Below are positions 26,531-35,522 of a stretch of 64,000 nt of DNA, piece after piece; position 1 is the first letter of the stretch, and each line of letters begins with the position of its first letter. A model generated the notes under the pieces. It did no database searches and was not told the origin of the DNA. It saw only the letters and a program-made list of their open reading frames with translations. Made by a program: the position numbers and the translations under genes. The stretch comes from Candidatus Woesearchaeota archaeon (GTDB taxonomy: Archaea > Nanobdellota > Nanobdellia > Pacearchaeales > GW2011-AR1), in the NCBI GenBank assembly GCA_964608765.1, contig CAZSPD010000001.1, positions 70,912 through 134,911 of the forward strand. Direction: 5' to 3'.

Positions 26531-27173
26531 AATACTAGCAGAAGGTGGGGCAATGAAGCCAGGACCAGCTTTAAGTCAAAAGTTAGGCCCAGCAGGAATA
26601 CCAATAAACCAAGTAATTCAAAAAGTAAATGAAGCTACTAAAGATTTTCAAGGATTAAAAGTTCCAGTAGAATTAGATGTTAATCCTAAAACAAAAGACT
26701 TTGAAGTTAGAATTTTTTCACCTCCAGTATCAGGAATGCTTAAAAAAGAATTAGGTATTGCATCAGGTTCAGGAGCTCAAACTAAATATTTAGCTGGGAA
26801 TGCTTCAATAGAACAAATAATTTTAATAGCAAAGACAAAGATGCCTAATTTACTTTGTAAAGATTTAAAATCAGCAGTTAAGGTTGTTGTTGGGACTTGT
26901 GTTAGTTTAGGTGTTTTAATAGAAAATAAACCTGCTAAAGAAGTTGCGCGAGAAATTAAAGATGGAAAATATGATAAGGAAATCTCTCAGATTAAAACAG
27001 AGACATCTTCAGAAAAGAAAAAATTATTGAATGATTATTTCACAGAAATACAAAAGAAACAAGATATTGTATTAAAACAAGAACAGGCAGCTAAACAAGC
27101 AGCAGAACAGGCTGCCCCTTCAAAGACAGCTTCTGCATCAGCAAAAGCAAAAGAGCCAGCAAAGAAAAAATAA
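26520..27173 (+). CDS. rpl11: 50S ribosomal protein uL11 with ~60-aa C-terminal extension
   Basis: GGAMKPGPALSQKLGPAGIPINQV is the uL11 signature. The tail ...KQEQAAKQAAEQAAPSKTASASAKAKEPAKKK is extra. Confidence 0.9.
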   Translation: MIIKILAEGGAMKPGPALSQKLGPAGIPINQVIQKVNEATKDFQGLKVPVELDVNPKTKDFEVRIFSPPVSGMLKKELGIASGSGAQTKYLAGNASIEQIILIAKTKMPNLLCKDLKSAVKVVVGTCVSLGVLIENKPAKEVAREIKDGKYDKEISQIKTETSSEKKKLLNDYFTEIQKKQDIVLKQEQAAKQAAEQAAPSKTASASAKAKEPAKKK

Positions 27174-27188
27174 TTAGCTAATCAAATA

Positions 27189-27200
27189 CTTTATAAATTA
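27189..27200 (+). promoter_or_regulatory. TATA-like box (CTTTATAAATTA) upstream of tRNA-Pro
   Basis: Centre is ~27.5 nt upstream of tRNA +1 (27222). Confidence 0.45.
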
Positions 27201-27221
27201 TAATTAGCTATTTTTTTATAA

Positions 27222-27295
27222 GGGGCTATGGGGTAACCTGGTTAGCCTTCGAGGTTTGGGACTTCGCGATCCCGGTTCAAATCCGGGTAGCCCCA
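27222..27295 (+). tRNA. tRNA-Pro (anticodon UGG), no intron, no encoded CCA
   Basis: Hand fold. Acceptor GGGGCTA/TAGCCCC. Anticodon stem CGAGG/CTTCG with loop TTTGGGA. T arm CCCGG-TTCAAAT-CCGGG. Discriminator A. Confidence 0.88.
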
Positions 27296-27321
27296 CTAAA
27301 TCACCATCACTAAAAAATAAA

Positions 27322-27537
27322 ATGGCAACAAAATTAAAAAAAGTAAAATCAGCTGGAAGATTCGGAGCTAGATACGGAAAGAGAGCTAGAGATAAATTAG
27401 TTCAAGTTGAATCTAAACAAAGAAAAAAACAAAAATGTCCTTTTTGCGAAAAGTTAGGGGTTAAAAGATTAGCAAGTGGGATTTGGAAATGTCCAAAATG
27501 CAATAAAAAATTTGCAGGAGACAGTTATACTGTATAA
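27322..27537 (+). CDS. rpl37ae: 50S ribosomal protein eL43 (L37Ae)
   Basis: From the internal ATG: MATKLKKVKSAGRFGARYGKRARDKLVQVESKQRKKQKCPFCEKLGVKRLASGIWKCPKCNKKFAGDSYTV. The upstream part of the track ORF overlaps tRNA-Pro and is discarded. Confidence 0.9.
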   Translation: MATKLKKVKSAGRFGARYGKRARDKLVQVESKQRKKQKCPFCEKLGVKRLASGIWKCPKCNKKFAGDSYTV

Positions 27538-27542
27538 ATAAA

Positions 27543-27680
27543 ATGGCAACTTACAAGTGTTTTAAATGTGGAAAGAAAGTTACAAACAAAAATCTTGAAA
27601 AAAGATTTCTTTGCCCTTTTTGTGGAAGCAAAATCTTTTACAAGCCAAGAACTAAAGTTAAATTAGTTAAAGCAGAGTAA
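27543..27680 (+). CDS. rpoP: DNA-directed RNA polymerase subunit P (Rpo12/RPABC4; not in ORF track, 45 aa)
   Basis: Hand translation gives MATYKCFKCGKKVTNKNLEKRFLCPFCGSKIFYKPRTKVKLVKAE. Has the CxxC...CxxC zinc ribbon and the canonical position after rpl37ae. Confidence 0.8.
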   Translation: MATYKCFKCGKKVTNKNLEKRFLCPFCGSKIFYKPRTKVKLVKAE

Positions 27681-27699
27681 CATCTACCTAATAATAAAA

Positions 27700-28035
27700 A
27701 TGGATGAAAAAAATATACAAGAAATACAATTTTTAGAGCAAGGAGTTCAAAACATTATTTACCAAAAGCAAGCATTTCAAATGGAATTATCTGAAACTAA
27801 AGACGCTTTAACTGAATTAGAGAGTTCTAAAGATGAAGTGTTTAAAGTAATTGGACAAATCATGTTAAGAACAGAGAAATCTAAGATAAAAGAAGAACTT
27901 TTATCTAAAATAAAGATTTTTGAGATAAGAATCAAAGAACTTGAAAAACAAGAAGACTCTATTACTTCTAGAATAACTAAAATAAGAGATGAGAGCTTAA
28001 AAAAGAAGGATAAACTCAGTAAACAAAATAAATAA
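27700..28035 (+). CDS. pfdB: prefoldin beta subunit
   Basis: 111 aa coiled coil with a central beta hairpin (DEVFKVIGQIMLRTEKSKIKEEL). Follows rpl37ae-rpoP as in other archaea. Confidence 0.8.
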   Translation: MDEKNIQEIQFLEQGVQNIIYQKQAFQMELSETKDALTELESSKDEVFKVIGQIMLRTEKSKIKEELLSKIKIFEIRIKELEKQEDSITSRITKIRDESLKKKDKLSKQNK

Positions 28036-28158
28036 AATAACTAAGGCGAGTTAAGTGAGCCTGAGTGACTTCTATTTACACTGTGTATTTCATTAAAATT
28101 TGCCTAAATCTTGATTGTTATTCTATAAAGACAAAAATATCTAAATAAAATACGAAAT

Positions 28159-28170
28159 GTTTATAAATAT
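28159..28170 (+). promoter_or_regulatory. TATA-like box (GTTTATAAATAT) ~25 nt upstream of the sepF ATG (leaderless-type spacing)
   Basis: Same G/C-TTTATAAA core recurs about 25 nt upstream of several first-in-operon ATGs in this window. Confidence 0.4.
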
Positions 28171-28188
28171 CTCAATTATAAATTTATC

Positions 28189-28578
28189 ATGGTGTTTAAA
28201 AAAATAAAAAAAGCTTTTTCAATGTCAGGTGGAAGAGATGGAGATGAATACATTGAAATCGATTTAACCCAAGAAGAAAGAGACAATAAAGTAATGGTTA
28301 AGCTTTTCACTCTAAAGCAATATGAGGACATTAATGAAGTTCTAAATGCTTTAAGAGAGGGCTATACAATTACTATAGTTGAAATAAAAACTTTAAAGCA
28401 AAAAGACCCTATTGAATTAAAAAGAGCAATTTCTAAGCTTAAGAAGACTACTGATGCTCTTGAAGGGACAATTGCAGGGTTTGGTGAGAATTTGGTTATA
28501 GCAACACCTTCTTTTGCAAAGATACAGAAAGTGGATAAGCCAAAACCAGAACCAAAAGACAAATATAGTGATTATTAA
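28189..28578 (+). CDS. sepF: SepF-like cell division protein (FtsZ anchor, DUF552)
   Basis: VMVKLFTLKQYEDINEVLNALREGYTITIVEIKTLKQKDPIELKRAISKLKKTTDALEGTIAGFGENLVIATP matches the SepF C-terminal domain pattern. Confidence 0.75.
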   Translation: MVFKKIKKAFSMSGGRDGDEYIEIDLTQEERDNKVMVKLFTLKQYEDINEVLNALREGYTITIVEIKTLKQKDPIELKRAISKLKKTTDALEGTIAGFGENLVIATPSFAKIQKVDKPKPEPKDKYSDY

Positions 28579-28664
28579 GATTATTAATCTCTTTTTTTAT
28601 AGAAAAATCAATAAAAATTCTCTTTATTTGTAAATTAGTTTTTATAATTCTATTACAATATACC

Positions 28665-28742
28665 TATATTATACTACAAACACCCTAATTAATCTTAGTT
28701 ACATATATTATACTACAAATACTTTAATTAACCTTAATTGCA
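28665..28742. repeat. two tandem 39-bp imperfect direct repeats (33/39 identical)
   Basis: TATATTATACTACAAACACCCTAATTAATCTTAGTTACA followed by TATATTATACTACAAATACTTTAATTAACCTTAATTGCA. Lies between convergent genes. Confidence 0.85.
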
Positions 28743-28743
28743 A

Positions 28744-29136
28744 TCACACCCTAGTTATTGTGAATAAATTCTTCAAAGCAACTATTATAGTTACAGGAAC
28801 AAAGAGAACTATTAATGCTCCAAAGATTGTTGAAACCAAATCACCTAACCCTATTCCTATAAGTGAACCCCTTACACTTTCCATACCAAATCTACTTACA
28901 ATAACTAATATTGCACCAGATATTAAAAATGCCTGAGAGTCTTTTCCAGATACATTTACTTTAGCACCTATAACAATACCCAATATAACTAATATACCAT
29001 ATATTGGAGAACTATAAGCAGAAATCTTATTTATAGGTATAAAGAAAGTCGTAGCTAATCCTATTACTACTGCTAAAACTACCCCTGTGAGAAATAACCA
29101 GGCTGCAACAATATTTTCATGGGATTTAATTGACAT
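28744..29136 (-). CDS. hypothetical membrane protein (~4 TM)
   Basis: 130 aa, Gly/Ile/Val-rich hydrophobic segments throughout. Confidence 0.5.
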   Translation of the reverse strand: MSIKSHENIVAAWLFLTGVVLAVVIGLATTFFIPINKISAYSSPIYGILVILGIVIGAKVNVSGKDSQAFLISGAILVIVSRFGMESVRGSLIGIGLGDLVSTIFGALIVLFVPVTIIVALKNLFTITRV

Positions 29137-29319
29137 TTTTTATCAAGCTCCTTTTACAAGTTCTTTTAGTATTCAAAATATATAAACTTTATGAAAATGA
29201 AATTATCGTCGTAAAATTAATTCTTTTTTTTTGCGTTTTTCTAAAATATTTAGTAAAAAAAATATATCCTTAAAAATAGAAATATTTATAAACCATCGTA
29301 ACTCCAGAATGATTACAAA

Positions 29320-30933
29320 ATGAAAACGAAAACATTCAACCTTTTGTTTGTAAGTGCATTTGCATTTATGTTTTTAATAGGATTTGCTAATGCAGCAATC
29401 ACTTTAACTTCATCAGTTACTACACTTCCACAAACAAGTGGCGCTTTTAATTTTACTGTTTCAAGTGATCAAAATGAATCTATTAATTTAGATATTCTTT
29501 CTATTTCAGATGGTTCTGGTAAAACAATTTCATTCTCACTTTCTTCTGATCAAGTTGAAATTGACACTGTTTTAAACAAATCACATGTAATCACAGTGGA
29601 TTACACTGTTGAAAGTGGATTTAACTTTGAATTTGGAGGAAGTTATAGTACATTATTAAGTGCAATTGGAAGTATTTCTGAAGAAAAAACAAAATCATTT
29701 GCATTTAAGTCTTCTGACTTTTGTGAATACTCTAATGAAGGAAACTTAAAAGTTACTTTAAGAAGCATTAAAGTTACAAATGGGTTTGGAGATAATAAGA
29801 AATGGTTTGCATTTGACACAATTGAAGCTGAAGTTGAAATAAGGAATTCAGGTAGTGCAGATTTAGAAGATGTTGTTCTAGAATGGGGATTATATAATAC
29901 TAATACAAATAAATGGACAATCGAGATTGATGAAGAAGATGAATTTGACTTAGATAGTAAGGATAAAGAGACAGTAACAATCAAATTTACTTTAGATGAT
30001 TCTATGGATGAATATTTAGAAGATTTAGCAAAAGGAAAATATGTTTTATATGTAAGAGCTACTGGAGAGATAGTTGAAGGAACACATGATGGAGAATATA
30101 CTTGTGCTAGTGTTTCAGCAGAAGGAGAATTAGTTTTAGAGAAGAACTTCCTTGTATTTAGTAATTTGAAAGCTCCTGCAACCTCTCAATGTGACTCAGA
30201 AGCTCACATCTCTGGAGATATCTGGAATATAGGTTCTAAAGACCAAAAAGATGTATCTTTAAGAATTTATAATAAAGACCTTGGATTAGATAAAGAAATT
30301 AAGATAGGAAACTTAAATTCTTTTGAAGACACTGACTTTGATTTTATAATTCAACTTCCAGATGATGCTCAAGAAAAAGCACACACTCTTACTCTAACTT
30401 TATATGATAGAGATGGTGAAGCATTTACAAATAAAGATGGAGATGAATCAAGAGCTACTATTACATTAAATGTTCAAGGGAACTGTGCTGTTGCTAAAGC
30501 TTCAATTACAGCTGTTTTAGAGTCTGGAGGACAAGCAGGTAAAGATTTAGTTGTTAAGGCTATAGTAATCAATAAAGGTAAGAAATCAGCTTCTTATACA
30601 CTAAATGCAGCAGGATATACAGGATGGGCATCTTCAGTTTCACTTGATAAGCCTCTTGTTACACTTAATGCAGGACAATCAGCAGAAGTACTATTAACAT
30701 TTAAAGTTAAGAAAGAAGCTATTGGAGCTAATTTATTTACACTAGAGCTTGTTTCAGAAAACACTCTTGTTGCAAGTCAACCTGTTCAAGTTGAAATAAC
30801 AAAGAAGAAATGGACTTTATTTGGAGATAATGGATTATCAAAAGATAATAAGTACATTTGGGGAATAGGTTTACTTAATTTAATACTTATAATCTTAATA
30901 ATTATTGTTGCAGTAAGAATAGCAAGAAAATAA
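29320..30933 (+). CDS. secreted surface protein with CARDB/NEW3-like beta-sandwich repeats and C-terminal TM plus basic tail (candidate archaeosortase substrate)
   Basis: N-terminal signal peptide MKTKTFNLLFVSAFAFMFLIGFANA. C-terminus ...KYIWGIGLLNLILIILIIIVAVRIARK. Internal LVVKAIVINKGKKSASYTLNAAGYTGWASSVSLDKPLVTLNAGQSAEVLLTFKV is typical of archaeal surface beta-sandwich domains. Confidence 0.6.
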   Translation: MKTKTFNLLFVSAFAFMFLIGFANAAITLTSSVTTLPQTSGAFNFTVSSDQNESINLDILSISDGSGKTISFSLSSDQVEIDTVLNKSHVITVDYTVESGFNFEFGGSYSTLLSAIGSISEEKTKSFAFKSSDFCEYSNEGNLKVTLRSIKVTNGFGDNKKWFAFDTIEAEVEIRNSGSADLEDVVLEWGLYNTNTNKWTIEIDEEDEFDLDSKDKETVTIKFTLDDSMDEYLEDLAKGKYVLYVRATGEIVEGTHDGEYTCASVSAEGELVLEKNFLVFSNLKAPATSQCDSEAHISGDIWNIGSKDQKDVSLRIYNKDLGLDKEIKIGNLNSFEDTDFDFIIQLPDDAQEKAHTLTLTLYDRDGEAFTNKDGDESRATITLNVQGNCAVAKASITAVLESGGQAGKDLVVKAIVINKGKKSASYTLNAAGYTGWASSVSLDKPLVTLNAGQSAEVLLTFKVKKEAIGANLFTLELVSENTLVASQPVQVEITKKKWTLFGDNGLSKDNKYIWGIGLLNLILIILIIIVAVRIARK

Positions 30934-30984
30934 GCTAAATTTCTTATTAACTAATTATTTAAATCATCATTTTCTTATTATCTT

Positions 30985-31536
30985 ATGAAAAAAAAGAGAA
31001 AGAGTAAGAAACAACAATCATCTATTTGTTCAATCTCATTAAGATATTTAACACTCTTAGTAAGCTCACTTGGGAATTTATGGATTTTTTATTTTATATT
31101 TTCACCACTTACAGTCTACTCTTCTTATTTTATTTTAAGTTTATTGTATGATTCAGTAACATTAACAGGGAACATTATTTTTATTGGAGGTGTTAATTCT
31201 CCAATAGAGATAGTTAATGCGTGCGTTGCAGGAGCAGCATACTTTTTATTGTTTATACTTAATCTTTCAATGCCTGGAATTAAATTATCAAAGAGATTTA
31301 AAATGCTTTTATTTGCATTTTCCTCTTTTTTTATAATAAACATAATAAGAATAGTTTCACTTTCAGCTATATTTATTGCAAATAAAAGTATCTTTGAGAT
31401 TACCCATAAAATAACTTGGTATATAGGAAGCATAGTATTTGTAGTCGGTATTTGGTTTTTAGAAGTTAAATTATTTAAAATAAAAGAAATACCTTTTTAC
31501 TCAGATATTAAAACTGTTCTTAAGGATATTAAATAA
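30985..31536 (+). CDS. exosortase/archaeosortase-family membrane protein (short form)
   Basis: 183 aa, multi-TM. Ordered motifs IVNACVAG (Cys), INIIRIVSL (Arg) and ITHKITWYIGSIVFV (His) match the Cys/Arg/His signature spacing of the exosortase/archaeosortase domain. Confidence 0.65.
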   Translation: MKKKRKSKKQQSSICSISLRYLTLLVSSLGNLWIFYFIFSPLTVYSSYFILSLLYDSVTLTGNIIFIGGVNSPIEIVNACVAGAAYFLLFILNLSMPGIKLSKRFKMLLFAFSSFFIINIIRIVSLSAIFIANKSIFEITHKITWYIGSIVFVVGIWFLEVKLFKIKEIPFYSDIKTVLKDIK

Positions 31537-31561
31537 TTAAATTATAAATAAAATAGTAGTT

Positions 31562-32191
31562 TTATTTTTCAAGGCGCTTATTAACTTCTGAAAATACTTC
31601 AATCATAAATCTTTCAGTTACAGGTAATATTTCACAATCACTTACTATTAATTTATAACACGAAGGTCCAGTTTGTTCTATCATACTTTTTTCACCTTCC
31701 TCTATTTGTACAAACATATACTTTCCTTCTGGATCACATCCAGCATTTTCATCTTTCATAATTTCTATATTGAATATATTAAGATTAAGCATATTCCCTA
31801 TTGCAATATTCCAATCACCGTCGCAAAATAAATTTTCTGTTGTAACATCTAAAACCATATAATTTTTTAATTCAAGTTCCCCTTTAAATGGAACTTGTTT
31901 AGTGAGTTTTTTAGGGTCATTTCTAAGATAAATATTGTAAACTGCTGGCTTTCCATTATTTGCAACATTAAAAGGTACCTCGTAAAATATTAATTCACCT
32001 TCTTTAATCACATTAAATGTAATCCCATGATATTTAGTGTGAGAAGGGGATTTCATTATAAGAAAAGCTACAATAATAGCAAGAAAAAATAATAGGATTA
32101 CTATAAAAAACCTTAATAGAAATTTATTCTCCTTTGCTTTTGCCTTTTCGTGCTCACTCAACTCTTTTCCTTTTACTCTTTTTTTATCCAT
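31562..32191 (-). CDS. hypothetical N-terminally anchored extracellular protein
   Basis: 209 aa, single N-terminal TM (FLLRFFIVILLFFLAIIVAFLIM), 4 Cys in the ectodomain. Downstream of the S-layer gene on the same strand. Confidence 0.5.
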   Translation of the reverse strand: MDKKRVKGKELSEHEKAKAKENKFLLRFFIVILLFFLAIIVAFLIMKSPSHTKYHGITFNVIKEGELIFYEVPFNVANNGKPAVYNIYLRNDPKKLTKQVPFKGELELKNYMVLDVTTENLFCDGDWNIAIGNMLNLNIFNIEIMKDENAGCDPEGKYMFVQIEEGEKSMIEQTGPSCYKLIVSDCEILPVTERFMIEVFSEVNKRLEK

Positions 32192-32296
32192 GTTTTTAAT
32201 TATTTTTTTATGTTTATATAATTAATTGTAATTAATATTAATCAATTTTTTCTTTAAATTTTAGTCTTTTTTTAAATATTAAGTTTTCTTTAAATT

Positions 32297-32878
32297 TTAT
32301 ATTCCCATAATATTAAACAGGAACCCATCCACTGTTTTAATTAATTCTTCTGATTGTCCTTCAATGAAAACACAGTTTTCTTCCTGATAAACTTTACTTT
32401 CATTTGCTTCTTTTATTATTATAAAATTATTTGAACAGTCTTTTATTGGCCACTCTTCAGGGCACCCTTCTTCATCAATACACGCTCCCTGAACTCTTAG
32501 AACAATGTCTTTTAGATTTTGAGAAATTTCTGTAGCTGCACCTAATACATCTTCATTTTCATAAAAGAAATAAAGTACTTTTCCAGCATAACTATCTAAT
32601 TTATTTAATTCTTCATCAACTTTTTCAACTTGTTCAGGATTATACTGGAATATAAAATTATAATTTCCTATTGAAAGAACCCAGAATCCATTAGTATTCA
32701 CAAATAAATATCCTTTATAATTTACTTTTTCAACTCCAGAGTTATTCTCTGAAGAATTTCCAAGCATAACATATCCGAATGTGCTTCCAATCATTATGAA
32801 AATTAATATTCCCCCAATGATTAATTGGTTTCTTTTGTTTCTTTTTTCTGCTTCTTTCTTGCTTTCTATTTTTCTCAT
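32297..32878 (-). CDS. hypothetical N-terminally anchored extracellular protein
   Basis: 193 aa, single N-terminal TM (LIIGGILIFIMIGSTFGYVML), 4 Cys in the ectodomain. Immediately downstream of the S-layer gene. Confidence 0.5.
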   Translation of the reverse strand: MRKIESKKEAEKRNKRNQLIIGGILIFIMIGSTFGYVMLGNSSENNSGVEKVNYKGYLFVNTNGFWVLSIGNYNFIFQYNPEQVEKVDEELNKLDSYAGKVLYFFYENEDVLGAATEISQNLKDIVLRVQGACIDEEGCPEEWPIKDCSNNFIIIKEANESKVYQEENCVFIEGQSEELIKTVDGFLFNIMGI

Positions 32879-32917
32879 TTTACTATTAAAAAGAAAGGTT
32901 ATTTAAAGTTTTTTAAA

Positions 32918-32968
32918 GCTCTCGCCAGAGCATTAAAAAAAAGAAAAAAAAGAAAAAAATAAAAAATT
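32918..32968 (-). terminator. oligo-T tracts plus short hairpin downstream of the S-layer gene
   Basis: On the minus strand the stop codon is followed by T6AT7CT8CT8-type runs (32968 down to 32934), then the hairpin GCTCT-ggcg-AGAGC on the minus strand (GCTCT-cgcc-AGAGC as read on plus). Archaeal terminators are oligo-T. Confidence 0.5.
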
Positions 32969-32982
32969 AAAGATTTGCGTGT

Positions 32983-35289
32983 TTACTCAACTACAACTGC
33001 TGTTTCTGTTGAAGTTACTCCTTTGTATTCCTTACTTGTATCTACAACTTTGTTTGTCAGATAAGTAGTCGCTTTTACAGTATCTTCAGCTTCATAACCA
33101 GCAACCAATAGAGCAAGTCTAGTTGTCAAAGTTGAATCATCATAGCCTTTGATTAGGAACTCTCCAGCTCCTATTCCTGTTGCTTCAGTCCAAGCAGCAC
33201 CACATTTAGTGCCACCAACTAATGCAGCAGCAGCTGAATTAATACAGCTTCCACCAACTATAATTAGATTCTTTGATGCAACACTTCCTACTTCAGTATC
33301 TTTAACAAGAATGTTTCCAAGAGTAGCATCCCCTCCTTCAGAGATAATTGTATCACCGCCAATAACTAATACTTTAGCAGTAACTTCCTCTCCATAGTAG
33401 TTGATTTCAAACTCATAGTCATCCTTTGTCTTATCAAAGATAACTTTTGAAGCTAGAGCACCTGGAACATATCCAATAGAGACATCCTTAGTTTCTTTCT
33501 CAAGAGAAAGACCTGTTACACTTGTAACATGTATACTATCTCCAGTTCCTCTTTGTTTAACAGTTGCAGTAATGGTTTGACCATCACTTCCAACATCACC
33601 ATCTTTGGTTTGTTCTTTGAAAATGATGCTAACACCATTTGCATTAAAGTTTGTAAAGTCTGTAGGTAATGTAACATGCATTCCAGTTTCTGAAACAGCT
33701 AAATTGTATAATGGAGTTCCTCCACTAAGGCCAGCAAAGTTTAGATATGCTGTTGTTTTATCTGCAGTAACACCTGAAAGTGTGATTTCAATATCTCCAA
33801 TTTCCTCTTCTAAATTATCTTCGTCAAGAGTAATTGTTTTTCCAGATATTAAATCTTCAATAACTACTTCGTATTTGATGTTTAGAGGATCATCATCATC
33901 ATCATAGTCAATACTTGTAATTTCACCATATAATGTTTGAACTTCATTCAAATCATTATTTTTCATTCTAGTTACTAAGAATCTGTAGTCTTCTTGCAGT
34001 TCTAGACCTTGATTTGCTTTCAAATTATCACCGCTATGACCAAAGATTGCAGGATATTCTGTTGAATTAAAACTAGTAGCTAAAATTAAAGGACGGTCTT
34101 CTTCACCTAATTTAGTTGCAGTTCCATTAGTCCACATAAGTGGAAGTTCATAGTTCTCCATTACAAGTGTAAGTTGTTCCCCAGGTTCAATAGAGATTTT
34201 CTCATATGTTGTTGGGAAATCTAATCCTTGGTATGAAAGACTTATTCCATCAAATGGAACAGGCATTCTAAGAGCATTATCTTCAGTTAAGAAACTATCA
34301 CCATCAGATTTCCATGTTAAAGTTATTGCAGTTAGTTTAGTGCCATCGTCAGCTAAATCTACTTCTAATCCTTTAACATAATCTTTATTTACTTTAACTC
34401 TCTTTCCGTCTTCTAATAATATTTTACCAGAACCAACAGAAAGTTCTACTTTACTAACACCTGATTCTTTTGGAGTATACATTATCTCATTGATAATAAC
34501 ATATGTTCCATCATTAAGTTCATGAGGTGAGTTTAATGATAACATTTTAGTTACTTCACCATCAACATTTAACTTAACGCCCTTATCAGTAACAAACTCA
34601 ATTGAAACACTCTTTCCAGAGATTGTTTTACTCTCTCCTTCACCAATAACTACTTTATTAGCTGAATCAAGTAATTCAATTGTGGTTGCAGTAGTATCTA
34701 GAACATAATACTCTTTACCCATTAAAGGTAAATTAGTCTCTTCTATACTTTCAAGAGCTACACCTCCACTTTTAAATTCAATTTTATAGTCTAGAATTTT
34801 CTCCCCACTACTAAAATCAAATCCTAAAGTAGGTTCTTTATCATTGTAGTTCTTATGAGTAAATAAATGAAGAGCTTTATTTCCTAACTCTATTTTTTGA
34901 GTGTAGTCTACATTTACATCTCCATCTTTGTAAGTTCCATCAGCTAAAAAATTCTTTAATTCTCCTTTTTTAAGAGTCGAGTATGGCACATTTAATGCCC
35001 CTCCTAAGTAGAATTTATTAGAATTTTTTTCTAAAACAAAAGATTCTCCACCTTCAACTTTTATGCTTCCGCCACTAACAGACTTTGACAAAGATTCTTG
35101 AATATTTCCAGCTTGGATAAAATCCAAATTAGAAACACCACTACCTGTTCCATAAACTATAGCTACATTTGCACTGCCCCCTGAAACAAATGGTGCAGGG
35201 TAATTTGCAGCTGCAGCAACACCCATAGTCATGCCTGTCATAAGTGCACTAGCAGCAATTGCCGATATCTTCTTAAAATTAAATTTCAT
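32983..35289 (-). CDS. S-layer protein (Methanococcales-type S-layer N- and C-terminal regions)
   Basis: Signal peptide MKFNFKKISAIAASALMTGMTMGVAAAA. C-terminal NLIIVGGSCINSAAAALVGG...LLVAGYEAEDTVKATTYL resembles the archaeal S-layer C-terminal domain. Strong SD (GGAGGT) lies 8 nt before the ATG. Confidence 0.75.
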   Translation of the reverse strand: MKFNFKKISAIAASALMTGMTMGVAAAANYPAPFVSGGSANVAIVYGTGSGVSNLDFIQAGNIQESLSKSVSGGSIKVEGGESFVLEKNSNKFYLGGALNVPYSTLKKGELKNFLADGTYKDGDVNVDYTQKIELGNKALHLFTHKNYNDKEPTLGFDFSSGEKILDYKIEFKSGGVALESIEETNLPLMGKEYYVLDTTATTIELLDSANKVVIGEGESKTISGKSVSIEFVTDKGVKLNVDGEVTKMLSLNSPHELNDGTYVIINEIMYTPKESGVSKVELSVGSGKILLEDGKRVKVNKDYVKGLEVDLADDGTKLTAITLTWKSDGDSFLTEDNALRMPVPFDGISLSYQGLDFPTTYEKISIEPGEQLTLVMENYELPLMWTNGTATKLGEEDRPLILATSFNSTEYPAIFGHSGDNLKANQGLELQEDYRFLVTRMKNNDLNEVQTLYGEITSIDYDDDDDPLNIKYEVVIEDLISGKTITLDEDNLEEEIGDIEITLSGVTADKTTAYLNFAGLSGGTPLYNLAVSETGMHVTLPTDFTNFNANGVSIIFKEQTKDGDVGSDGQTITATVKQRGTGDSIHVTSVTGLSLEKETKDVSIGYVPGALASKVIFDKTKDDYEFEINYYGEEVTAKVLVIGGDTIISEGGDATLGNILVKDTEVGSVASKNLIIVGGSCINSAAAALVGGTKCGAAWTEATGIGAGEFLIKGYDDSTLTTRLALLVAGYEAEDTVKATTYLTNKVVDTSKEYKGVTSTETAVVVE

Positions 35290-35522
35290 ATTTTTATAAC
35301 CTCCTTTCAGCTATATAATCATGTTGTCTATGACAACCTCTTACCTTCAATTTCGCAGTATAGGGAAACCGCTCAATTGAAACGTCTTAAGGTTAGCCTG
35401 TTTTTCAAGGCTTATTCCCTATATTTCACCCCCAAAGGTGTACTTACCAAAAATCATTTTCCTTTAAAAAGCTTACCCTCTCATAGAGGGACCATTTTCA
35501 CGAGACCTCAAGATTTGAAGGT

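Noticed and set aside
27256-27321. N-terminal 22 codons of the 93-aa track ORF (MGLRDPGSNPGSPTKSPSLKNK...) upstream of rpl37ae
   Set aside because: This part overlaps the 3' half of tRNA-Pro, and its GC-rich codons come from the tRNA. The conserved eL43 sequence starts at the internal ATG 27322.
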